Below, piece by piece: positions 1 to 12,300 of a DNA stretch of 64,000 nucleotides. Both the position numbers and the translations under genes were made by a program. Under the pieces are notes generated by a model. The model searched no databases and was not told the origin of the DNA. It saw only the letters and a program-made list of their open reading frames with translations. The first letter of the stretch is position 1, and the number at the start of each line of letters is the position of its first letter. The DNA comes from Auanema rhodensis (taxonomy: Eukaryota; Animalia; Nematoda), in the NCBI GenBank assembly GCA_964057225.1, contig OZ059896.1:19902001-19966000 (forward strand), given 5' to 3'.

Positions 1-81
1 GAATCGAATGCACTATACTACATTGAGAAACGCTTGATACAAAAATTAGTTATGATCGTTTGAAAAATGATGCATTAGTGT

Positions 82-109
82 ATGTTGAGTTTCCATGTAC
101 ACTCAACAT
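82..109. repeat. Inverted repeat in each monomer (m82-109): 9-bp stem, 10-nt loop; first copy shown
   Basis: ATGTTGAGT (82-90) is the exact reverse complement of ACTCAACAT (101-109); the loop is TTCCATGTAC. Confidence 0.9.
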
Positions 110-122
110 TGCTTCCAAAAAC

Positions 123-157
123 ATTTTGACAAAAATTTTTTCGAAAAATTTCAAAAT
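123..157. repeat. AT-rich dyad in each monomer centred on TCGA (m141-144); first copy shown
   Basis: Perfect 12-bp palindrome TTTTTCGAAAAA (137-148), overlapping palindrome AAAAATTTTT (131-140), and outer arms ATTTTGA (123-129) / TCAAAAT (151-157). Confidence 0.85.
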
Positions 158-259
158 AATTTAGCAAAAAGTAGATGTTTTTAGATTCCTTTATTCAAGG
201 CAAAGACGATGGACAATGTTATTCAACGAAAAAATTAATTCTTCAGGGTGAAAATCGAG

Positions 260-281
260 GATATAAGTGTGAACTTATATC
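260..281. repeat. Inverted repeat in each monomer (m260-281): perfect 9-bp stem with GTGA tetraloop; first copy shown
   Basis: GATATAAGT (260-268) / GTGA / ACTTATATC (273-281). Confidence 0.9.
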
Positions 282-298
282 AGTTGATATCTCGGTGC

Positions 299-349
299 AT
301 TTTTAAGCTAGCGCAAATCTGATAACACAGATCGACGCAGCTTAAAAAT
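299..349. repeat. Long imperfect inverted repeat in each monomer (core m299-349, extendable into the next monomer); first copy shown
   Basis: ATTTTTAAGCT (299-309) / AGCTTAAAAAT (339-349); inner GCG (311-313) / CGC (336-338) and ATCTG (317-321) / CAGAT (328-332); loop ATAACA. Confidence 0.9.
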
Positions 350-3300
350 CCGAATCGAATGCACTATACTACATTGAGAAACGCTTGATACAAAAATTAG
401 TTATGATCGTTTGAAAAATGATGCATTAGTGTATGTTGAGTTTCCATGTACACTCAACATTGCTTCCAAAAACATTTTGACAAAAATTTTTTCGAAAAAT
501 TTCAAAATAATTTAGCAAAAAGTAGATGTTTTTAGATTCCTTTATTCAAGGCAAAGACGATGGACAATGTTATTCAACGAAAAAATTAATTCTTCAGGGT
601 GAAAATCGAGGATATAAGTGTGAACTTATATCAGTTGATATCTCGGTGCATTTTTAAGCTAGCGCAAATCTGATAACACAGATCGACGCAGCTTAAAAAT
701 CCGAATCGAATGCACTATACTACATTGAGAAACGCTTGATACAAAAATTAGTTATGATCGTTCGAAAAATGATGCATTAGTGTATGTTGAGTTTCCATGT
801 ACACTCAACATTGCTTCCAAAAACATTTTGACAAAAATTTTTTCGAAAAATTTCAAAATAATTTAGCAAAAAGTAGATGTTTTTAGATTCCTTTTTTCAA
901 GGCAAAGACGATGGACAATGTTATTCAACGAAAAAATTATTCCTTCAGGGTGAAAATCGAGGATATAAGTGTGAACTTATATCAGTTGATATCTCGGTGC
1001 ATTTTTAAGCTAGCGCAAATCTGATAACACAGATCGACGCAGCTTAAAAATCCGAATCGAATGCACTATACTACATTGAGAAACGCTTAATACAAAAATT
1101 AGTTATGATCGTTTGAAAAATGATGCATTAGTGTATGTTGAGTTTCCATGTACACTCAACATTGCTTCCAAAAACATTTTGACAAAAATTTTTTCGAAAA
1201 ATTTCAAAATAATTTAGCAAAAAGTAGATGTTTTTAGATTCCTTTTTTCAAGGCAAAGACGATGGACAATGTTATTCAACGAAAAAATTATTCCTTCAGG
1301 GTGAAAATCGAGGATATAAGTGTGAACTTATATCAGTTGATATCTTGGTGCATTTTTAAGCTAGCGCAAATCTGATAACAGAGATCGACGCAGCTTAAAA
1401 ATCCGCATCGAATGCACTATACTACATTGAGAAACGCTTAATACAAAAATTAGTTATGATCGTTTGAAAAATGATGCATTAGTGTATGTTGAGTTTCCAT
1501 GTACACTCAACATTGCTTCCAAAAACATTTTGACAAAAATTTTTTCGAAAAATTTCAAAATAATTTAGCAAAAAGTAGATGTTTTTAGATTCCAGTTTTC
1601 AAGGCAAAGACGATGGACAATGTTATTCAACGAAAAAATTAATTCTTCAGGGTGAAAATCGAGGATATATGTGTGAACTTATATCAGTTGATATCTCGGT
1701 GCATTTTTAAGCTAGCGCAAATCTGATAACACAGATCGACGCAGCTTAAAAATCCGCATCGAATGCACTATACTACATTGAGAAACGCTTAATACAAAAA
1801 TTAGTTATGATCGTTTGAAAAATGATGCATTAGTGTATGTTGAGTTTCCATGTACACTCAACATTGCTTCCAAAAACATTTTGACAAAAATTTTTTCGAA
1901 AAATTTCAAAATAATTTAGCAAAAAGTAGATGTTTTTAGATTCCAGTTTTCGAGGCAAAGACGATGGACAATGTTATTCAACGAAAAAATTAATTCTTCA
2001 GGGTGAAAATCGAGGATATATGTGTGAACTTATATCAGTTGATATCTCGGTGCATTTTTAAGCTAGCGCAAATCTGATAACACAGATCGACGCAGCTTAA
2101 AAATCCGCATCGAATGCACTATACTACATTGAGAAACGCTTAATACAAAAATTAGTTATGATCGTTTGAAAAATGATGCATTAGTGTATGTTGAGTTTCC
2201 ATGTACACTCAACATTGCTTCCAAAAACATTTTGACAAAAATTTTTTCGAAAAATTTCAAAATAATTTAGCAAAAAGTAGATGTTTTTAGATTCCTTTAT
2301 TCAAGGCAAAGACGATGGACAATGTTATTCAACGAAAAAATTAATTCTTCAGGGTGAAAATCGAGGATATAAGTGTGAACTTATATCAGTTGATATCTCG
2401 GTGCATTTTTAAGCTAGCGCAAATCTGATAACAGAGATCGACGCAGCTTAAAAATCCGCATCGAATGCACTATACTACATTGAGAAACGCTTAATACAAA
2501 AATTAGTTATGATCGTTTGAAAAATGATGCATTAGTGTATGTTGAGTTTCCATGTACACTCAACATTGCTTCCAAAAACATTTTGACAAAAATTTTTTCG
2601 AAAAATTTCAAAATAATTTAGCAAAAAGTAGATGTTTTTAGATTTCAGTTTTCAAGGCAAAGACGATGGACAATGTTATTCAACGAAAAAATTATTCCTT
2701 CAGGGTGAAAATCGAGGATATAAGTGGGAACTTATATCAGTTGATATCTCGGTGCATTTTTAAGCTAGCGCAAATCTGATAACAGAGATCGACGCAGCTT
2801 AAAAATCCGCATCGAATGCACTATACTACATTGAGAAACGCTTAATACAAAAATTAGTTATGATCGTTTGAAAAATGATGCATTAGTGTATGTTGAGTTT
2901 CCATGTACACTCAACATTGCTTCCAAAAACATTTTGACAAAAATTTTTTCGAAAAATTTCAAAATAATTTAGCAAAAAGTAGATGTTTTTAGATTCCTTT
3001 ATTCAAGGCAAAGACGATGGACAATGTTATTCAACGAAAAAATTAATTCTTCAGGGTGAAAATCGAGGATATAAGTGTGAACTTATATCAGTTGATATCT
3101 CGGTGCATTTTTAAGCTAGCGCAAATCTGATAACACAGATCGACGCAGCTTAAAAATCCGCATCGAATGCACTATACTACATTGAGAAACGCTTGATACA
3201 AAAATTAGTTATGATCGTTTGAAAAATGATGCATTAGTGTATGTTGAGTTTCCATGTACACTCAACATTGCTTCCAAAAACATTTTGACAAAAATTTTTT

Positions 3301-6300
3301 CGAAAAATTTCAAAATAATTTAGCAAAAAGTAGATGTTTTTAGATTCCATTTTTCAAGGCAAAGACGATGGACAATGTTATTCAACGGAAAAATTATTTC
3401 TTCAGGGTGAAAATCGAGGATATAAGTGTGAACTTATATCAGTTGATATCTCGGTGCATTTTTAAGCTAGCGCAAATCTGATAACACAGATCGACGCAGC
3501 TTAAAAATGCGCATCGAATGCACTATACTACATTGAGAAACGCTTGATACAAAAATTAGTTATGATCGTTTGAAAAATGATGCATTAGTGTATGTTGAGT
3601 TTCCATGTACACTCAACATTGCTTCCAAAAACATTTTGACAAAAATTTTTTCGAAAAATTTCAAAATAATTTAGCAAAAAGTAGATGTTTTTAGATTCCA
3701 TTTTTCAAGGCAAAGACGATGGACAATGTTATTCAACGAAAAAATTAATTCTTCAGGGTGAAAATCGAGGATATAAGTGTGAACTTATATCAGTTGATAT
3801 CTCGGCGCATTTTTAAGCTAGCGCAAATCTGATAACACAGATCGACGCAGCTTAAAAATCCGCATCGAATGCACTATACTACATTGAGAAACGCTTGATA
3901 CAAAAATTAGTTATGATCGTTTGAAAAATGATGCATTAGTGTATGTTGAGTTTCCATGTACACTCAACATTGCTTCCAAAAACATTTTGACAAAAATTTT
4001 TTCGAAAAGTTTCAAAATAATTTAGCAAAAAGTAGATGTTTTTAGATTTCATTTTTCAAGGCAAAGACGATGGACAATGTTATTCAACGGAAAAATTATT
4101 TCTTCAGGGTGAAAATCGAGGATATAAGTGTGAACTTATATCAGTTGATATCTCGGTGCATTTTTAAGCTAGCGCAAATCTGATAACACAGATCGACGCA
4201 GCTTAAAAATCCGCATCGAATGCACTAAACTACATTGAGAAACGCTTAATACAAAAATTAGTTATGATCGTTTGAAAAATGATGCATTAGTGTATGTTGA
4301 GTTTCCATGTACACTCAACATTGCTTCCAAAAACATTTTGACAAAAATTTTTTCGAAAAATTTCAAAATAATTTAGCAAAAAGTAGTTGTTTTTAGATTC
4401 CATTTTTCAAGGCAAAGACGATGGACAGTGTTATTCAACGAAAAAATTAATTCTTCAGGGTGAAAATCGAGGATATAAGTGTGAACTTATATCAGTTGAT
4501 ATCTCGGTGCATTTTTAAGCTAGCGCAAATCTGATAACACAGATCGACGCAGCTTAAAAATCCGCATCGAATGCACTATACTACATTGAGAAACGCTTGA
4601 TACAAAAATTAGTTATGATCGTTTGAAAAATGATGCATTAGTGTATGTTGAGTTTCCATGTACACTCAACATTGCTTCCAAAAACATTTTGACAAAAATT
4701 TTTTCGAAAAATTTCAAAATAATTTAGCAAAAAGTAGATGTTTTTAGATTTCATTTTTCAAGGCAAAGACGATGGACAATGTTATTCAACGGAAAAATTA
4801 TTTCTTCAGGGTGAAAATCGAGGATATAAGTGTGAACTTATATCAGTTGATATCTCGGTGCATTTTTAAGCTAGCGCAAATCTGATAACACAGATCGACG
4901 CAGCTTAAAAATCCGCATCGAATGCACTAAACTACATTGAGAAACGCTTAATACAAAAATTAGTTATGATCGTTTGAAAAATGATGCATTAGTGTATGTT
5001 GAGTTTCCATGTACACTCAACATTGCTTCCAAAAACATTTTGACAAAAATTTTTTCGAAAAATTTCAAAATAATTTAGCAAAAAGTAGTTGTTTTTAGAT
5101 TCCATTTTTCAAGGCAAAGACGATGGACAGTGTTATTCAACGAAAAAATTAATTCTTCAGGGTGAAAATCGAGGATATAAGTGTGAACTTATATCAGTTG
5201 ATATCTCGGTGCATTTTTAAGCTAGCGCAAATCTGATAACACAGATCGACGCAACTTAAAAATGCGCATCGAATGCACTATACTACATTGAGAAACGCTT
5301 GATACAAAAATTAGTTATGATCGTTTGAAAAATGATGCATTAGTGTATGTTGAGTTTCCATGTACACTCAACATTGCTTCCAAAAACATTTTGACAAAAA
5401 TTTTTTCGAAAAATTTCAAAATAATTTAGCAAAAAGTAGATGTTTTTAGATTCCTTTATTCAAGGCAAAGACGATGGACAATGTTATTCAACGAAAAAAT
5501 TAATTCTTCAGGGTGAAAATCGAGGATATAAGTGTGAACTTATATCAGTTGATATCTCGGTGCATTTTTAAGCTAGCGCAAATCTGATAACACAGATCGA
5601 CGCAACTTAAAAATGCGCATCGAATGCACTATACTACATTGAGAAACGCTTGATACAAAAATTAGTTATGATCGTTTGAAAAATGATGCATTAGTGTATG
5701 TTGAGTTTCCATGTACACTCAACATTGCTTCCAAAAACATTTTGACAAAAATTTTTTCGAAAAATTTCAGAATAATTTAGCAAAAAGTAGATGTTTTTAG
5801 ATTCCTTTATTCAAGGCAAAGACGATGGACAATGTTATTCAACGAAAAAATTAATTCTTCAGGGTGAAAATCGAGGATATAAGTGTGAACTTATATCAGT
5901 TGATATCTCGGTGCATTTTTAAGCTAGCGCAAATCTGATAACACAGATCGACGCAGCTTAAAAATCCGCATCGAATGCACTATACTACATTGAGAAACGC
6001 TTGATACAAAAATTAGTTATGATCGTTTGAAAAATGATGCATTAGTGTATGTTGAGTTTCCATGTACACTCAACATTGCTTCCAAAAACATTTTGACAAA
6101 AATTTTTTCGAAAAATTTCAAAATAATTTAGCAAAAAGTAGATGTTTTTAGATTTCATTTTTCAAGGCAAAGACGATGGACAATGTTATTCAACGGAAAA
6201 ATTATTTCTTCAGGGTGAAAATCGAGGATATAAGTGTGAACTTATATCAGTTGATATCTCGGTGCATTTTTAAGCTAGCGCAAATCTGATAACACAGATC

Positions 6301-9300
6301 GACGCAGCTTAAAAATCCGCATCGAATGCACTAAACTACATTGAGAAACGCTTAATACAAAAATTAGTTATGATCGTTTGAAAAATGATGCATTAGTGTA
6401 TGTTGAGTTTCCATGTACACTCAACATTGCTTCCAAAAACATTTTGACAAAAATTTTTTCGAAAAATTTCAAAATAATTTAGCAAAAAGTAGTTGTTTTT
6501 AGATTCCATTTTTCAAGGCAAAGACGATGGACAGTGTTATTCAACGAAAAAATTAATTCTTCAGGGTGAAAATCGAGGATATAAGTGTGAGCTTATATCA
6601 GTTGATATCTCGGTGCATTTTTAAGCTAGCGCAAATCTGATAACACAGATCGACGCAACTTAAAAATGCGCATCGAATGCACTATACTACATTGAGAAAC
6701 GCTTAATACAAAAATTAGTTATGATCGTTTGAAAAATGATGCATTAGTGTATGTTGAGTTTCCATGTACACTCAACATTGCTTCCAAAAACATTTTGACA
6801 AAAATTTTTTCAAAAAATTTCAAAATAATTTAGCAAAAAGTAGATGTTTTTAGATTCCTTTATTCAAGGCAAAGACGATGGACAATGTTATTCAACGAAA
6901 AAATTAATTCTTCAGGGTGAAAATCGAGGATATAAGTGTGAACTTATATCAGTTGATATCTCGGTGCATTTTTAAGCTAGCGCAAATCTGATAACACAGA
7001 TCGACGCAGCTTAAAAATCCGCATCGAATGCACTATACTACATTGAGAAACGCTTGATACAAAAATTAGTTATGATCGTTTGAAAAATGATGCATTAGTG
7101 TATGTTGAGTTTCCATGTACACTCAACATTGCTTCCAAAAACATTTTGACAAAAATTTTTTCGAAAAATTTCAAAATAATTTAGCAAAAAGTAGATGTTT
7201 TTAGATTCCATTTTTCAAGGCAAAGACGATGGACAATGTTATTCAACGGAAAAATTATTTCTTCAGGGTGAAAATCGAGGATATAAGTGTGAACTTATAT
7301 CAGTTGATATCTCGGTGCATTTTTAAGCTAGCGCAAATCTGATAACACAGATCGACGCAGCTTAAAAATGCGCATCGAATGCACTATACTACATTGAGAA
7401 ACGCTTGATACAAAAATTAGTTATGATCGTTTGAAAAATGATGCATTAGTGTATGTTGAGTTTCCATGTACACTCAACATTGCTTCCAAAAACATTTTGA
7501 CAAAAATTTTTTCGAAAAATTTCAAAATAATTTAGCAAAAAGTAGATGTTTTTAGATTCCATTTTTCAAGGCAAAGACGATGGACAATGTTATTCAACGA
7601 AAAAATTAATTCTTCAGGGTGAAAATCGAGGATATAAGTGTGAACTTATATCAGTTGATATCTCGGTGCATTTTTAAGCTAGCGCAAATCTGATAACACA
7701 GATCGACGCAACTTAAAAATGCGCATCGAATGCACTATACTACATTGAGAAACGCTTAATACAAAAATTAGTTATGATCGTTTGAAAAATGATGCATTAG
7801 TGTATGTTGAGTTTCCATGTACACTCAACATTGCTTCCAAAAACATTTTGACAAAAATTTTTTCAAAAAATTTCAAAATAATTTAGCAAAAAGTAGATGT
7901 TTTTAGATTCCTTTATTCAAGGCAAAGACGATGGACAATGTTATTCAACGAAAAAATTAATTCTTCAGGGTGAAAATCGAGGATATAAGTGTGAACTTAT
8001 ATCAGTTGATATCTCGGTGCATTTTTAAGCTAGCGCAAATCTGATAACACAGATCGACGCAGCTTAAAAATCCGCATCGAATGCACTATACTACATTGAG
8101 AAACGCTTGATACAAAAATTAGTTATGATCGTTTGAAAAATGATGCATTAGTGTATGTTGAGTTTCCATGTACACTCAACATTGCTTCCAAAAACATTTT
8201 GACAAAAATTTTTTCGAAAAATTTCAAAATAATTTAGCAAAAAGTAGATGTTTTTAGATTCCATTTTTCAAGGCAAAGACGATGGACAATGTTATTCAAC
8301 GGAAAAATTATTTCTTCAGGGTGAAAATCGAGGATATAAGTGTGAACTTATATCAGTTGATATCTCGGTGCATTTTTAAGCTAGCGCAAATCTGATAACA
8401 CAGATCGACGCAGCTTAAAAATGCGCATCGAATGCACTATACTACATTGAGAAACGCTTGATACAAAAATTAGTTATGATCGTTTGAAAAATGATGCATT
8501 AGTGTATGTTGAGTTTCCATGTACACTCAACATTGCTTCCAAAAACATTTTGACAAAAATTTTTTCGAAAAATTTCAAAATAATTTAGCAAAAAGTAGAT
8601 GTTTTTAGATTCCATTTTTCAAGGCAAAGACGATGGACAATGTTATTCAACGAAAAAATTAATTCTTCAGGGTGAAAATCGAGGATATAAGTGTGAACTT
8701 ATATCAGTTGATATCTCGGTGCATTTTTAAGCTAGCGCAAATCTGATAACACAGATCGACGCAGCTTAAAAATGCGCATCGAATGCACTATACTACATTG
8801 AGAAACGCTTGATACAAAAATTAGTTATGATCGTTTGAAAAATGATGCATTAGTGTATGTTGAGTTTCCATGTACACTCAACATTGCTTCCAAAAACATT
8901 TTGACAAAAATTTTTTCGAAAAATTTCAAAATAATTTAGCAAAAAGTAGATGTTTTTAGATTCCATTTTTCAAGGCAAAGACGATGGACAATGTTATTCA
9001 ACGAAAAAATTAATTCTTCAGGGTGAAAATCGAGGATATAAGTGTGAACTTATATCAGTTGATATCTCGGTGCATTTTTAAGCTAGCGCAAATCTGATAA
9101 CACAGATCGACGCAGCTTAAAAATCCGCATCGAATGCACTATACTACATTGAGAAACGCTTGATACAAAAATTAGTTATGATCGTTTGAAAAATGATGCA
9201 TTAGTGTATGTTGAGTTTCCATGTACACTCAACATTGCTTCCAAAAACATTTTGACAAAAATTTTTTCGAAAAATTTCAAAATAATTTAGCAAAAAGTAG

Positions 9301-12300
9301 ATGTTTTTAGATTCCATTTTTCAAGGCAAAGACGATGGACAATGTTATTCAACGGAAAAATTATTTCTTCAGGGTGAAAATCGAGGATATAAGTGTGAAC
9401 TTATATCAGTTGATATCTCGGTGCATTTTTAAGCTAGCGCAAATCTGATAACACAGATCGACGCAGCTTAAAAATGCGCATCGAATGCACTATACTACAT
9501 TGAGAAACGCTTGATACAAAAATTAGTTATGATCGTTTGAAAAATGATGCATTAGTGTATGTTGAGTTTCCATGTACACTCAACATTGCTTCCAAAAACA
9601 TTTTGACAAAAATTTTTTCGAAAAATTTCAAAATAATTTAGCAAAAAGTAGATGTTTTTAGATTCCATTTTTCAAGGCAAAGACGATGGACAATGTTATT
9701 CAACGAAAAAATTGATTCTTCAGGGTGAAAATCGAGGATATAAGTGTGAACTTATATCAGTTGATATCTCGGTGCATTTTTAAGCTAGCGCAAATCTGAT
9801 AACACAGATCGACGCAGCTTAAAAATGCGCATCGAATGCACTATACTACATTGAGAAACGCTTGATACAAAAATTAGTTATGATCGTTTGAAAAATGATG
9901 CATTAGTGTATGTTGAGTTTCCATGTACACTCAACATTGCTTCCAAAAACATTTTGACAAAAATTTTTTCGAAAAATTTCAAAATAATTTAGCAAAAAGT
10001 AGATGTTTTTAGATTCCATTTTTCAAGGCAAAGACGATGGACAATGTTATTCAACGAAAAAATTAATTCTTCAGGGTGAAAATCGAGGATATAAGTGTGA
10101 ACTTATATCAGTTGATATCTCGGTGCATTTTTAAGCTAGCGCAAATCTGATACCACAGATCGACGCAGCTTAAAAATCCGCATCGAATGCACTATACTAC
10201 ATTGAGAAACGCTTGATACAAAAATTAGTTATGATCGTTTGAAAAATGATGCATTAGTGTATGTTGAGTTTCCATGTACACTCAACATTGCTTCCAAAAA
10301 CATTTTGACAAAAATTTTTTCGAAAAATTTCAAAATAATTTAGCAAAAAGTAGATGTTTTTAGATTTCATTTTTCAAGGCAAAGACGATGGACAATGTTA
10401 TTCAACGGAAAAATTATTTCTTCAGGGTGAAAATCGAGGATATAAGTGTGAACATATATCAGTTGATATCTCGGTGCATTTTTAAGCTAGCGCAAATCTG
10501 ATAACACAGATCGACGCAGCTTAAAAATCCGCATCGAATGCACTAAACTACATTAAGAAACGCTTAATACAAAAATTAGTTATGATCGTTTGAAAAATGA
10601 TGCATTAGTGTATGTTGAGTTTCCATGTACACTCAACATTGCTTCCAAAAACATTTTGACAAAAATTTTTTCGAAAAATTTCAAAATAATTTAGCAAAAA
10701 GTAGATGTTTTTAGATTCCATTTTTCAAGGCAAAGACGATGGACAGTGTTATTCAACGAAAAAATTAATTCTTCAGGGTGAAAATCGAGGATATAAGTGT
10801 GAACTTATATCAGTTGATATCTCGGTGCATTTTTAAGCTAGCGCAAATCTTATAACACAGATCGACGCAGCTTAAAAATGCGCATCAAATGCACTATACT
10901 ACATTGAGAAACGCTTAATACAAAAATTAGTTATGATCGTTTGAAAAATGATGCATTAGTGTATGTTGAGTTTCCATGTACACTCAACATTGCTTCCAAG
11001 AACATTTTGACAAAAATTTTTTCGAAAAATTTCAAAATAATTTAGCAAAAAGTAGATGTTTTTAGATTCCTTTATTCAAGGCAAAGACGATGGACAATGT
11101 TATTCAACGAAAAAATTAATTCTTCAGGGTGAAAATCGAGGATATAAGTGTGAACTTATATCAGTTGATATCTCGGTGCATTTTTAAGCTAGCGCAAATC
11201 TGATAACACAGATCGACGCAGCTTAAAAATCCGCATCGAATGCACTATACTACATTGAGAAACGCTTAATACAAAAATTAGTTATGATCGTTTGAAAAAT
11301 GATGCATTAGTGTATGTTGAGTTTCCATGTACACTCAACATTGCTTCCAAAAACATTTTGACAAAAATTTTTTCGAAAAATTTCAAAATAATTTAGCAAA
11401 AAGTAGATGTTTTTAGATTCCATTTTTTAAGGCAAAGACGAAGGACAATGTTATTCAACGAAAAAATTAATTCTTCAGGGTGAAAATCGAGGATATAAGT
11501 GTGAACTTATATCAGTTGATATCTCGGTGCATTTTTAAGCTAGCGCAAATCTGATAACACAGATCGACGCAGCTTAAAAATCCGCATCGAATGCACTATA
11601 CTACATTGAGAAACGCTTGATACAAAAATTAGTTATGATCGTTTGAAAAATGATGCATTAGTGTATGTTGAGTTTCCATGTACACTCAACATTGCTTCCA
11701 AAAACATTTTGACAAAAATTTTTTCGAAAAATTTCAAAATAATTTAGCAAAAAGTAGATGTTTTTAGATTTCATTTTTCAAGGCAAAGACGATGGACAAT
11801 GTTATTCAACGGAAAAATTATTTCTTCAGGGTGAAAATCGAGGATATAAGTGTGAACTTATATCAGTTGATATCTCGGTGCATTTTTAAGCTAGCGCAAA
11901 TCTGATAACACAGATCGACGCAGCTTAAAAATCCGCATCGAATGCACTAAACTACATTGAGAAACGCTTAATACAAAAATTAGTTATGATCGTTTGAAAA
12001 ATGATGCATTAGTGTATGTTGAGTTTCCATGTACACTCAACATTGCTTCCAAAAACATTTTGACAAAAATTTTTTCGAAAAATTTCAAAATAATTTAGCA
12101 AAAAGTAGTTGTTTTTAGATTCCATTTTTCAAGGCAAAGACGATGGACAGTGTTATTCAACGAAAAAATTAATTCTTCAGGGTGAAAATCGAGGATATAA
12201 GTGTGAACTTATATCAGTTCATATCTCGGTGCATTTTTAAGCTAGCGCAAATCTGATAACACAGATCGACGCAGCTTAAAAATGCGCATCGAATGCACTA

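Noticed and set aside
139-155. CENP-B box (nTTCGnnnnAnnCGGGn)
   Set aside because: TTCG and the central A match, but the CGGG half is absent.
260-304. Hairpins as bacterial intrinsic terminators
   Set aside because: The stems are AT-rich, have no directly adjacent U-tract and no upstream gene, and the context is eukaryote-like satellite.
1-351. Tandem 5S rRNA, tRNA, snRNA or spliced-leader gene array
   Set aside because: I recognise no conserved motifs of these RNAs on either strand. An Rfam scan would confirm this.
240-384. Hammerhead ribozyme, as known in newt, schistosome and cave-cricket satellites
   Set aside because: The + strand CTGATAA (319-325) lacks the essential G8 and no stem I forms with the downstream GAAAC. 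The - strand CTGAAGA (246-240) has no supportable stems I-III. An Infernal search with the Rfam hammerhead models on a dimer would be decisive.
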